Assembly (NCBI GenBank): GCA_963801355.1
Contig: CAWDEM010000008.1
Coordinates: forward strand, 1,120,001 to 1,184,000
Reading direction: 5' to 3'
DNA: 64,000 nucleotides
DNA from: Ignavibacteriota bacterium
GTDB taxonomy: Bacteria; Bacteroidota; Ignavibacteria; UBA10030; UBA6906
Positions 38,347 through 46,812 of this stretch are shown here, in pieces. The notes beneath the pieces were generated by a model that ran no database searches, had not been told where the DNA came from, and saw only the letters and a program-made list of their open reading frames with translations. A program made the translations under genes and the position numbers. Position 1 is the stretch's first letter. Every line of letters begins with the position of its first letter.

Positions 38347-40512
38347 TCATTTCATGAGCACCAGTCGCTTCGTGTGTACCTCGTCCCCCGCCACCAGGCG
38401 GTAGAAATAGACCCCGCTGGAAAGTCTGAACCCATCGAACTTAGCCTCGTGATAACCTGCGCCTTGTTCCCCATTGATGAGTTCAGCGACCCGCTGACCA
38501 AGAATGTTGAAGACGGTCAAGCATACTCGTGTCCGCACTGGCAAGCCGTAGCGGATTGTCGTTGAGGGATTGAATGGGTTCGGGTAGTTCTGATGGAGCA
38601 CACAATCCCGTGGCAACTGCTGCTCGCTCTCAGCACCCGTATTCGTTTCTGACAACGACCGTCTCCAGACACCATTGCCAGCCCCGGCAAAGATGTCTGC
38701 ACCCGAGATGGCAAAGGACCTGATTGTAGTGTTCGTCAAGCCGGCATTGATACCGCTCCAGTGTGTGCCGTTGTCGGTGGAAAGGAAGACGCCCAGATTG
38801 TCAGGCGCAACGAATACCCGTGTACCGTGAGCCGTAATGGCTACAATGGACTCAGGTTGATTGCGATTCAAATTGTCCGATGGAAGTCCATTGCTCACGG
38901 CTGTCCAGCTTGTGCCGTTGTTCGTGGAGAGAAACACGCCATTGCTCCATGTCCCGGCGAAGAGATTTGTATCTGAGACCGCTAGCGAATAGATGCCTCC
39001 CGGCAGACCGGCATTGACTGCCGTCCAATGAGAGCCGTTGTCGGTGGTACGAAAGACGCTGCCGGAAATCCCGGCGAAGAGATACTGGCCTGAGACCGCA
39101 AGCGCGGAGGTAGTCGCGTTGTCCGGCAGGCCGGAATTCACTGCTGTCCAGCTCGCACCCTTGTTGGTGGAAAGACAGACACCGGCATATGTGCCGGCAA
39201 AGAGATTCGTGTCCAAGACGGCAAGAGCGAGGACAGTGGTATCCATCAGGCCGGAATTTGCGGGGGTCCAGCTCGCACCGCTGTCGGTGGAACGATAGAT
39301 CCCCGAGCCGAAAGCCATCGAACTCCTCGTGCCTGCAAAGAGATGTGACCCGATGGCAGCAAAACAACTGACATGCACAGTCTCCTCGAAATCGAGAGGA
39401 AGCCGTACCCAGGTCGAGCCATTGTCGGTCGAACGAAACATGTTTCCCTCATATGCTCCCGCCAACATCTCTGTACCGAAGAGTCCAAGGGCATAGACGG
39501 GAATGTTGAGCATCCCCGTGTTGACCTCTGCCCAACTTCCCCCGTTGTCAGTCGAGCGATAGACTCCTCGCTCGCGTGTGCCTGCGAAGATGCTCGTGCC
39601 GGAAACGGCAAGCCCCCCCACGCTGGCATTTGACGGCACACCGTCACGGAGCGCAGTCCAGCTCGTGCCATGGTCTGTCGAGAGATAGATGCCGCTGCGA
39701 TAGGTCCCTGCAAACAGATGCACACCAGCTGTCCCGCCACTTGCGGGAGAAACAGCGAGAGACCAGATATTGGTGGTCGTGAGGCCGCCATTGACCGCCG
39801 TCCAATGCGCACCGCTGTCGGTGGAGAGAAAGACCCCTGCCTGATTTGTCCCGGCAAAGAGCAACATGCCCCCTGAGCCGGCTTCACCGGGGCACACAGC
39901 AAGGCAATGGACAGAGGGATAGAAGCCGTACGGGGATCTTGGTATGCCCTCATTGACCGCAACCCAATTTGTCCCGTTGTTCGTGGAGAGGAAGACGCCG
40001 CTGGAAGTCCCGGCAAAAAGGTTGGTTCCACATTGGATCATCTGTGAGAATTCTGAGAAGGGTGTATTCGCCGGCATCCAGCCGGCGCCGTTGTCGATGG
40101 AAAGGAAGACGCCACTTCCATAGGTCGAGGCATAGAGACGGCTGCCGACGGTGGCGAGGGCACTGAGACCGGAAGCGGTAAATCCGGAAGCTACCTCCGT
40201 CCAACTTGCGCCGTTGTCGGTGGAGCGGAAGATGCTATTGAAGTAAGTTGCAGCATAGAGATTCGTGCCCGACACGGCAAGAGCGTTAACAGAGGTATTC
40301 GTTAATCCGGTATTGACCGGCGTCCAGCTTGCGCCGTTGTCGACTGCATGGAAAACACCGCCACACCGCCCCCCGGCAAAAACATCGGTTCCAATCACCG
40401 CGAAGCACGTCACCTCTCCCCCGTAGGGGCCATTCGTGGGAACCCACTGAGCACCGGAGTACGAATGACAGAGGACAGCCGCCAGTGTGAGACAGATGAA
40501 TAGAGTCTTCAT
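38347..40512 (-). CDS. BNR/Asp-box repeat beta-propeller protein with T9SS CTD
   Basis: Repeated 'LFAGT..GVFLSTDNG.SW..VN.GL'; QNYPNPFNP CTD. Confidence 0.88.
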   Translation of the reverse strand: MKTLFICLTLAAVLCHSYSGAQWVPTNGPYGGEVTCFAVIGTDVFAGGRCGGVFHAVDNGASWTPVNTGLTNTSVNALAVSGTNLYAATYFNSIFRSTDNGASWTEVASGFTASGLSALATVGSRLYASTYGSGVFLSIDNGAGWMPANTPFSEFSQMIQCGTNLFAGTSSGVFLSTNNGTNWVAVNEGIPRSPYGFYPSVHCLAVCPGEAGSGGMLLFAGTNQAGVFLSTDSGAHWTAVNGGLTTTNIWSLAVSPASGGTAGVHLFAGTYRSGIYLSTDHGTSWTALRDGVPSNASVGGLAVSGTSIFAGTRERGVYRSTDNGGSWAEVNTGMLNIPVYALGLFGTEMLAGAYEGNMFRSTDNGSTWVRLPLDFEETVHVSCFAAIGSHLFAGTRSSMAFGSGIYRSTDSGASWTPANSGLMDTTVLALAVLDTNLFAGTYAGVCLSTNKGASWTAVNSGLPDNATTSALAVSGQYLFAGISGSVFRTTDNGSHWTAVNAGLPGGIYSLAVSDTNLFAGTWSNGVFLSTNNGTSWTAVSNGLPSDNLNRNQPESIVAITAHGTRVFVAPDNLGVFLSTDNGTHWSGINAGLTNTTIRSFAISGADIFAGAGNGVWRRSLSETNTGAESEQQLPRDCVLHQNYPNPFNPSTTIRYGLPVRTRVCLTVFNILGQRVAELINGEQGAGYHEAKFDGFRLSSGVYFYRLVAGDEVHTKRLVLMK

Positions 40513-40536
40513 CGTATCCTCCAGAGAATGCGCCCG

Positions 40537-42636
40537 CTATTTTAAAACCAGCATCCGTCTCGTTGACACGAAATCCCCAGCGCTGAGCCGGTAGAGGTAC
40601 ACACCGCTCGCGAGATTCGCCCCGTCAAACTGCACCTCGTGAACCCCTGCATCCCGTCTGTCGTTCACCAGCACGGTTACCTCCCGGCCCAGAACATCAT
40701 ACACCGCCAGCGTCACAGAGGCTGACACAGGCAACTGATACCTGATGATCGTGGTCGGGTTGAAGGGATTGGGGTAATTCTGCTCAAGAGCGAAGTGCTC
40801 TGGCAATTCGGATGATGTTTCCACAGCATCAAATGGCGATTTCGGGGGAGTAAATTCCCAGATGTCTCCTGTTCCGGAGTAGCCTCCATCCGGAGTTCCT
40901 GAAATCACATAGATCTTGTTATTATGGACAGCACCCCCAAACCAGGCGAGGGCCACTGGCATAGGATCCAGTGTCTTCCACGTATCGCTCACAGGATTAT
41001 ATACTTCTACGGTAGTCAGAGCGACGTTTTGGGTTCCGCCTATGGCATAGATCGCATCGCCAACCAGATACGTCTGAAAGCCTTGTCTTGCAGTCGGCAT
41101 ATCGGCCTTCTTCGTCCAGTTATCGGTTTGGGGATCATATGCGTAGACATTCTTCTGTGCAGTCCCGGTAGACCCGCCGCCAAATGTATAGACCAGTCCG
41201 TTGTAGACGGTCACAGCCAGCCAGCCTCCGGACTCAGGTCTTTCCTTTTTGGGTGTCCATGTATTGGTGACTGGATTATAGGCCTCACAGTTTCGTTCGG
41301 TCTCATTGCCGCCTATGTTATAGATTATTCCGTTAACCACACCGGCTTGCGCAGCCCTCCTCGGACTAAGCATATTCGCTTTTTCTGTCCAGGTATTTGT
41401 CACAGGGTTATATGCTTCCACTTTGCTTGTAGCGGTGGGGTAACCGCCGCCAATGGCATAGATGGTATCGTTCACAACAGCCGAGGAAAGAAATCCTCTG
41501 GCAGTTGGCATAGGCAATTTCACCGCCCAGGGGTTCAAATCGTACACTTCATTGGCTGCCAAATCAGTCAAGGGATAGACGGTGGTTCCCCCAATGGCGT
41601 AGATCTTCTGACCTATGACACATGCTGAAAGCGCTCCCCTCAGTGTGGGTAATGTCGTCTTCTTAGTCCATCCTCCACCTGTCAACGCCGGATCATATTC
41701 CCAGATGTCTCCCGTGCCTGTGTAGCCACCATCCGATGATCCTGAAATCACATAGATCTTGTTGTTACTGACAGCCCCTGCAAACCAGGCGAGGGCCACT
41801 GGCATAGGATCCAATGTTTGCCAGGTATCGCTCACCGGATCATACACTTCCACATTCTTCAGACTGATGCTCATTGTCTGGGTTCCACCGATGGCATAGA
41901 TCTTTCCGCCAACCAGATACGTCTGAAAGCCAAACCTTGCAGTCGGCATATCGGCCTTCTTTGACCAGTTATCGGTTTGCGGGTCATACGCATACACATT
42001 CTTCTGTGCAGTCCCAGTATACCCGCCGCCAAATGTATAGACCAGTCCGTTGTAGACGGTCACAGCCAGGTCCCCTCCGGACTCGGGTCTTTCCTTTTTG
42101 GGTGTCCATGTATTGGTACCTGGATTATATGCCTCACAGTTTCGTTCGCTCTGATTGCCGCCTATGTTATAGATTATTCCGTTAACCACACCGGCTTGCG
42201 CAGCCCTCCTCGGACTAAGCATATTCGCTTTTTCTGTCCAGGTATTTGTCACAGGGTCATATGCTTCCACTTTGCGTGTAGCGGTGGGGTAGCCGCCGCC
42301 AATGGCATAAATGGTATCGTTCACAACGGCGGAGGAAAGCCACCCTCTCGGGGTTGGCAGAGGCAATTTCACCGCCCAGGGGTTCAAATCGTACACTTCA
42401 TTGGCTGCCAAATCAGTCCAGGGATAGACGGTGCTCCCCCCAACGGTGTAGATCTTCTGACCTATGACACATGCCGAAAGCGCTCCCCTCGGTGTGGGTT
42501 GTGTCGTCTTCTTTACCCAGCGCCCATCTTGTGCCCGGGCATCAGTGTGGATCAGCACTGAGGACGCGAGAATTAGACAGCATGTCACGAGCCCCGACAA
42601 TCGTCCCGGATGACGAAACCTCGATACACGTTGCAT
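40537..42636 (-). CDS. Double six-bladed Kelch propeller protein with T9SS CTD
   Basis: 12 Kelch repeats (IYAIGG...YDP...W) in two near-identical halves; signal peptide; CTD. Confidence 0.9.
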   Translation of the reverse strand: MQRVSRFRHPGRLSGLVTCCLILASSVLIHTDARAQDGRWVKKTTQPTPRGALSACVIGQKIYTVGGSTVYPWTDLAANEVYDLNPWAVKLPLPTPRGWLSSAVVNDTIYAIGGGYPTATRKVEAYDPVTNTWTEKANMLSPRRAAQAGVVNGIIYNIGGNQSERNCEAYNPGTNTWTPKKERPESGGDLAVTVYNGLVYTFGGGYTGTAQKNVYAYDPQTDNWSKKADMPTARFGFQTYLVGGKIYAIGGTQTMSISLKNVEVYDPVSDTWQTLDPMPVALAWFAGAVSNNKIYVISGSSDGGYTGTGDIWEYDPALTGGGWTKKTTLPTLRGALSACVIGQKIYAIGGTTVYPLTDLAANEVYDLNPWAVKLPMPTARGFLSSAVVNDTIYAIGGGYPTATSKVEAYNPVTNTWTEKANMLSPRRAAQAGVVNGIIYNIGGNETERNCEAYNPVTNTWTPKKERPESGGWLAVTVYNGLVYTFGGGSTGTAQKNVYAYDPQTDNWTKKADMPTARQGFQTYLVGDAIYAIGGTQNVALTTVEVYNPVSDTWKTLDPMPVALAWFGGAVHNNKIYVISGTPDGGYSGTGDIWEFTPPKSPFDAVETSSELPEHFALEQNYPNPFNPTTIIRYQLPVSASVTLAVYDVLGREVTVLVNDRRDAGVHEVQFDGANLASGVYLYRLSAGDFVSTRRMLVLK
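40846..42519 (-). repeat. Intragenic tandem duplication of ~830 bp (units 41688-42519 and 40846-41670)
   Basis: Long identical DNA stretches in both halves, e.g. ...gttaaccacaccggcttgcgcagccctcctcggactaagcatattcgcttttt... Confidence 0.9.
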
Positions 42637-42698
42637 AAGCCCTCCTGCGTTTTGAGTGGGGGAATTTCAGTGTTGCGCTGGCTCTGCATTCGTGCGCA

Positions 42699-42715
42699 CC
42701 CAAAAAGAGTGCCAA
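42699..42715 (-). promoter_or_regulatory. Putative sigma-54 (-24/-12) promoter upstream of the Kelch gene
   Basis: Minus strand TTGGCAC-TCTTT-TTGG: perfect -24 element and correct spacing, but GG instead of GC at -12; about 65 nt before the ATG. Confidence 0.5.
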
Positions 42716-43019
42716 CGAACATTTGCAGGGTTGCTTTGGCAACAAGCCTTTACTCAATGCGCACTTACGGCTTAAACGAGGTTGAGCGAATCAGGTGTGC
42801 GAATGCCCTCCTGAGCTCGTCAATCTTGACGAATTACAGGAAAACTACTGAGGGAGATTACGGAGGTGCCTGGTAGGGGGCAGGTCAGGCATCAGGCAGA
42901 TGATGGGACAAGGGCCCGCTTGGCGGAGGAAGCCGAAGAGACGACTCGTGGCTCTCTTGCCTGGCAAACCGTGTTATAATGGCACTGAACTGAAGCAGCG
43001 AGCGCGGCATCGGCCATGG

Positions 43020-45245
43020 CTACCACCCTGCCGCCTTGAGGTACTCCTGGAAGCGCGGATCTTCACGAACATTTCGCCATTCCGGATCCACGTTGAGGAA
43101 GTGCAATTTGGGATCGCGTTCCTGAACCGATGTGCCCACCCAGGCCAGGGCCTCTTCCTGTTTTCCCGCATGGGCAAACAGAATGGCAATATCATAGGGA
43201 GAAACGTACTGGTGCCTGTAGATTTCAGCCATCGTGGAGGCAGCCGCTCCAAAGGCATGGTCAACCCCAGCCTTCTCCATTGCCTCTGCAACGATCTTTG
43301 CACCTGCCGCAGCAAAGACTTTCTTGCACACCTCTACAGCCTCTGCCGTTCTTCGTACGAAGGCATACGTCCGCCACAGGAACCACAGCCCCCAAAGGAA
43401 GGGAGGGTTCGCCTCCGAGTACCTGGAAATCCTCTCGAGCACCCGGTCATACTTGGCGCTGTAGAAATCAGGAAAGGCAACGCACAGTCCGATATAATCG
43501 GACAACGGATCAAGCGTTTGGGCTCTCCCGGCAAGTTTTCTCGCGTACTCAAATTCTCCCATGGACACTCGATTAATACTATAGTTGCGCAGCGCGATCG
43601 TATCATTGGGATCCAGTTCCAGACTTCGCTCGTATGCCGCTTCTGCCTCAGCATGCTTCCATTCCATACAAGCTGTGAACAAGCCCAAAACGTGATGTGC
43701 TAGTGAGATATTTGGATCTAATTCAAGCGCCTTTTGAACGTACTTTTTCATAAGAGGCTTCACTTCCGCACTTCTCTTCAAACCAAAGTATGTGAGGCCA
43801 AAATAGCAGCCCACAAGCCCCGCGTAGGCCGGCGCAAAGTTGGGGTCCTTCTCGATAGCCTGATGGAAGTACGCGATCGATTTGTCAACAATGCCGAGAT
43901 CGATCTGATTGAAAAAGTAGTATCCTTGTTGATAGTAGTTATAGGCTTCCAGGTTGTCGGTATACCTCTTGAACAGCTTTTGACGCTCATCTTCAAGAAG
44001 CTTGACTTTCAAAGCAGCCGCTATTGCGAGCGAGATTTGTTCCTGTAGATCGAACATGTCCTCGAGCCGACGGTCGTAGCAGTCGGACCAGAGGTGATAG
44101 CCATCCATGACGTTGATGAGCTGAGCCGTGATGCGGAGCAGGTCGCCGGATTTCCTCACGCTTCCTTCGAGCACCGTTCTCACATCCAGCTTCCTTCCAA
44201 CCTTCCGCACATCATGCCCTCCTCCCTTGAAGGCAAACGCAGATGTGCGGGCGACAACCTTCAAATCGCTTATCCTGGAGAGCGTAGTGATCAGCTCTTC
44301 CGTCAAGCCATCGCAGAACAACTCCTGTTCAGGAGCCGCGCTCAGATTGACAAACGGGAGCACAGCAATGGATTGGGATGGCACCGGCGCAGGCAGCTCA
44401 AACCGTTCCGTCCGCTTCTCATGCAGATCTGCAATGCTCCTTATGTCCTGGAGCAGAGACGCCATGTCGTCATACCGGTCTTCCCTCTCCTTTGCCATGG
44501 ATTTTTCCACGATCGCGAGCAAAGTTTCTGGAATGTCTTCCCGCAGTTTCCGCAGATTCTCAGGTTCCTGATTCAGAATCAGATACACCATTCCCTGTTC
44601 GTAATCTGCCTGAAACGGAGGTTTCCCTGCTACCATCTCGTACAGGGTCACGCCCAACGACCAGATGTCGGTCCTCTGGTCTACCCGTTCTCCTTTTATC
44701 TGTTCGGGCGACATATAGTCTACGGTCCCGAATTTCGTACGCTCCTTCGTGAACTGTGTCCGATCCTTTCGCTTGGCAAGTCCGAAGTCCAGGAGCTTCA
44801 CGCTGCCGTCCTCCGTGATGAAGATATTGGCAGGTTTGACGTCCCTGTGCACGATCCCGTTCTCGTGTGCCTTCTTCAATCCTTCGGCGGTCTGTCTCGC
44901 AATATCGAGGATCTCCTTCACTTCGAGCGTGCCACGACGTATCCTCTGCTTCAGCGTTTCTCCTGTGTAGTAGTCCATCGCGATGAACAGCTGCCCGTCG
45001 GGAGTCTCGTCAATCTCGTGAATCGTGCAGATGTTGTTGTGCTGGAGCGATGAGGCACTTTGGGCTTCAAGGATGAAACGCCGCTTGGATTCCTCGTCTT
45101 GCGTGAAGGATTCCGTCAAGACCTTGAGAGCAACAGTGCGTTTGAGTTTCAGATCCTCGGCGCGGTAGATGACTCCCATGCCGCCTTCCCCGAGCTTCTC
45201 GAGGATCTTGTAGTGGGAAAGTGTCTTGTCGACGAGGGATGCCAT
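43020..45245 (-). CDS. Cytoplasmic Hanks-type Ser/Thr kinase with 'SIAVLPF' (TolB-like/FlgO) domain and TPRs
   Basis: LGEGGMG, VALK, HRDVKPAN, DFG, YMSPE, DIWSLG; SIAVLPFVNLS; TPRs; no TM segment. Confidence 0.92.
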   Translation of the reverse strand: MASLVDKTLSHYKILEKLGEGGMGVIYRAEDLKLKRTVALKVLTESFTQDEESKRRFILEAQSASSLQHNNICTIHEIDETPDGQLFIAMDYYTGETLKQRIRRGTLEVKEILDIARQTAEGLKKAHENGIVHRDVKPANIFITEDGSVKLLDFGLAKRKDRTQFTKERTKFGTVDYMSPEQIKGERVDQRTDIWSLGVTLYEMVAGKPPFQADYEQGMVYLILNQEPENLRKLREDIPETLLAIVEKSMAKEREDRYDDMASLLQDIRSIADLHEKRTERFELPAPVPSQSIAVLPFVNLSAAPEQELFCDGLTEELITTLSRISDLKVVARTSAFAFKGGGHDVRKVGRKLDVRTVLEGSVRKSGDLLRITAQLINVMDGYHLWSDCYDRRLEDMFDLQEQISLAIAAALKVKLLEDERQKLFKRYTDNLEAYNYYQQGYYFFNQIDLGIVDKSIAYFHQAIEKDPNFAPAYAGLVGCYFGLTYFGLKRSAEVKPLMKKYVQKALELDPNISLAHHVLGLFTACMEWKHAEAEAAYERSLELDPNDTIALRNYSINRVSMGEFEYARKLAGRAQTLDPLSDYIGLCVAFPDFYSAKYDRVLERISRYSEANPPFLWGLWFLWRTYAFVRRTAEAVEVCKKVFAAAGAKIVAEAMEKAGVDHAFGAAASTMAEIYRHQYVSPYDIAILFAHAGKQEEALAWVGTSVQERDPKLHFLNVDPEWRNVREDPRFQEYLKAAGW

Positions 45246-45285
45246 CGCCGTTCCTCTTCTCAAGGTAATACGGTCGGCGGAGTTG

Positions 45286-46812
45286 TTATGCCGGTCTGTC
45301 GATTCCCAGTTTCTTCATTTTATACCGTAAAGCGTGTTCCGACAGATGCAGCGTTCGTGCGGCGCTTGATTGATTCCAATCACAGCTTTCCAAAGCTTTT
45401 CGAATCAACTGCTCCTCATAATCCGCCAAGCTGTCAGCGAGAGACTTCGTTGACGGGATTCCCTGATGAATCCTTTTCCTCTTTGTGAGTTCCTTCTGTA
45501 GATCAGGTGGGAGAGTCTTTCTGTCTATGATAGCCGTCTTCGCGGCAGCCAATGTAACCAATCTCTCGACGAAATTTGAGAGCTCTCGCACGTTGCCGGT
45601 CCAGCGGCGCTGCTTCATGAAGTCCAGGACTTCTTCATGAAATCCCGCTATCTCCTTTTTCTGTTCGAGTGAGAACTTTCTGAGAAAGTGATCAGCTAGT
45701 TGAGGAATATCTTCAACTCTTTCATCGAGCGAGGGAACATAGATGGGGTACACATTCAGTCGATAGTAGAGATCTTCCCTGAAGCTCTTCTCCACCAGCA
45801 GTTTCCGAAGAGAAGAACTGGAAGCAGATATGATGCGGACATCTACTTTGCGCGTCAGGTTGCTTCCCACAGGCCGGACTTCCTGATCCTGGAGGACCCT
45901 GAGCAACTTCGACTGCATTTCGAAAGGAAGATTGTTTATCTCATCCATGAAGAGCGTCCCGCCGTTTGCTTCTTCAAGGAGTCCTTTCCGGTCAGTGATC
46001 GCCCCTGTGAACGCGCCCCGGGTATGGCCGAACAGCTCGCTCTCCACCAGATGCGGCTGAATCGCTCCACAATCGATGGCAACGAAGCGGTTCTGACTCC
46101 TCCGGCCGAGCGTATGCACGGCTCGCGCGACAAGTTCCTTGCCCGTCCCGCTTTCTCCTTCCAGGAGTGTTGTCACATCACAACGAGCCGCTGCTTCGAT
46201 AGCCGTCAAGAGGTCGAGGAACCTCTCGCTTTTCCCGAGCAACCCCAGTGCTGCATACTTGTTCAGTAGGGCACGCTTTGGCAGTGGTGCCGCGAAATAC
46301 TCGGCTATGCTCTGGGTGCAGTGCAAGAAGGGCGCAGCAATTGCCGAGAGGCTCTCAATGAGAGAAAGATCCTGCTCCGCAAAAGGACCTTTGGCTTCCG
46401 CATTGAGAAGCAGCATGGTGCCTATGATGATGTTTTCCACTGTGAACGGGACACAGATGGCCGATTTGGCCCGCACCCTGTCAAAAAGCTTCTTTCGAAA
46501 CCTGCTATCAGATTGTATCTCCTGACTGAAGAACGAGGAGTGGTTGAGAATCACCCATCCGCTGATATTAGCATGCACAAAATGATTCTGTTCATCATCC
46601 GCATTCCTCTCCGCATACACTGTCTTGACAGTATCCCGCGTTTTGGGATTGATCAGCATCACGAACGCCGAGTCGGACCGTACCAGATCAGAAGCTTTCT
46701 GCGCGACCAACCGGAGCACCTCTTCATAGTCATTCTGCTGGCCCAGTATGTGCGCCAGGTCGATTAACGATTCGAGGTGCGTGAGGCTGATTCCTCGCGT
46801 GGCTTCATTCAT
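45286..46812 (-). CDS. GAF-domain sigma-54-dependent transcriptional activator (Fis-type HTH)
   Basis: N-terminal GAF, GESGTGKE, ESELFGH, GAFTGA, FREDLYYRL, WTGNVREL and C-terminal HTH. Confidence 0.93.
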   Translation of the reverse strand: MNEATRGISLTHLESLIDLAHILGQQNDYEEVLRLVAQKASDLVRSDSAFVMLINPKTRDTVKTVYAERNADDEQNHFVHANISGWVILNHSSFFSQEIQSDSRFRKKLFDRVRAKSAICVPFTVENIIIGTMLLLNAEAKGPFAEQDLSLIESLSAIAAPFLHCTQSIAEYFAAPLPKRALLNKYAALGLLGKSERFLDLLTAIEAAARCDVTTLLEGESGTGKELVARAVHTLGRRSQNRFVAIDCGAIQPHLVESELFGHTRGAFTGAITDRKGLLEEANGGTLFMDEINNLPFEMQSKLLRVLQDQEVRPVGSNLTRKVDVRIISASSSSLRKLLVEKSFREDLYYRLNVYPIYVPSLDERVEDIPQLADHFLRKFSLEQKKEIAGFHEEVLDFMKQRRWTGNVRELSNFVERLVTLAAAKTAIIDRKTLPPDLQKELTKRKRIHQGIPSTKSLADSLADYEEQLIRKALESCDWNQSSAARTLHLSEHALRYKMKKLGIDRPA

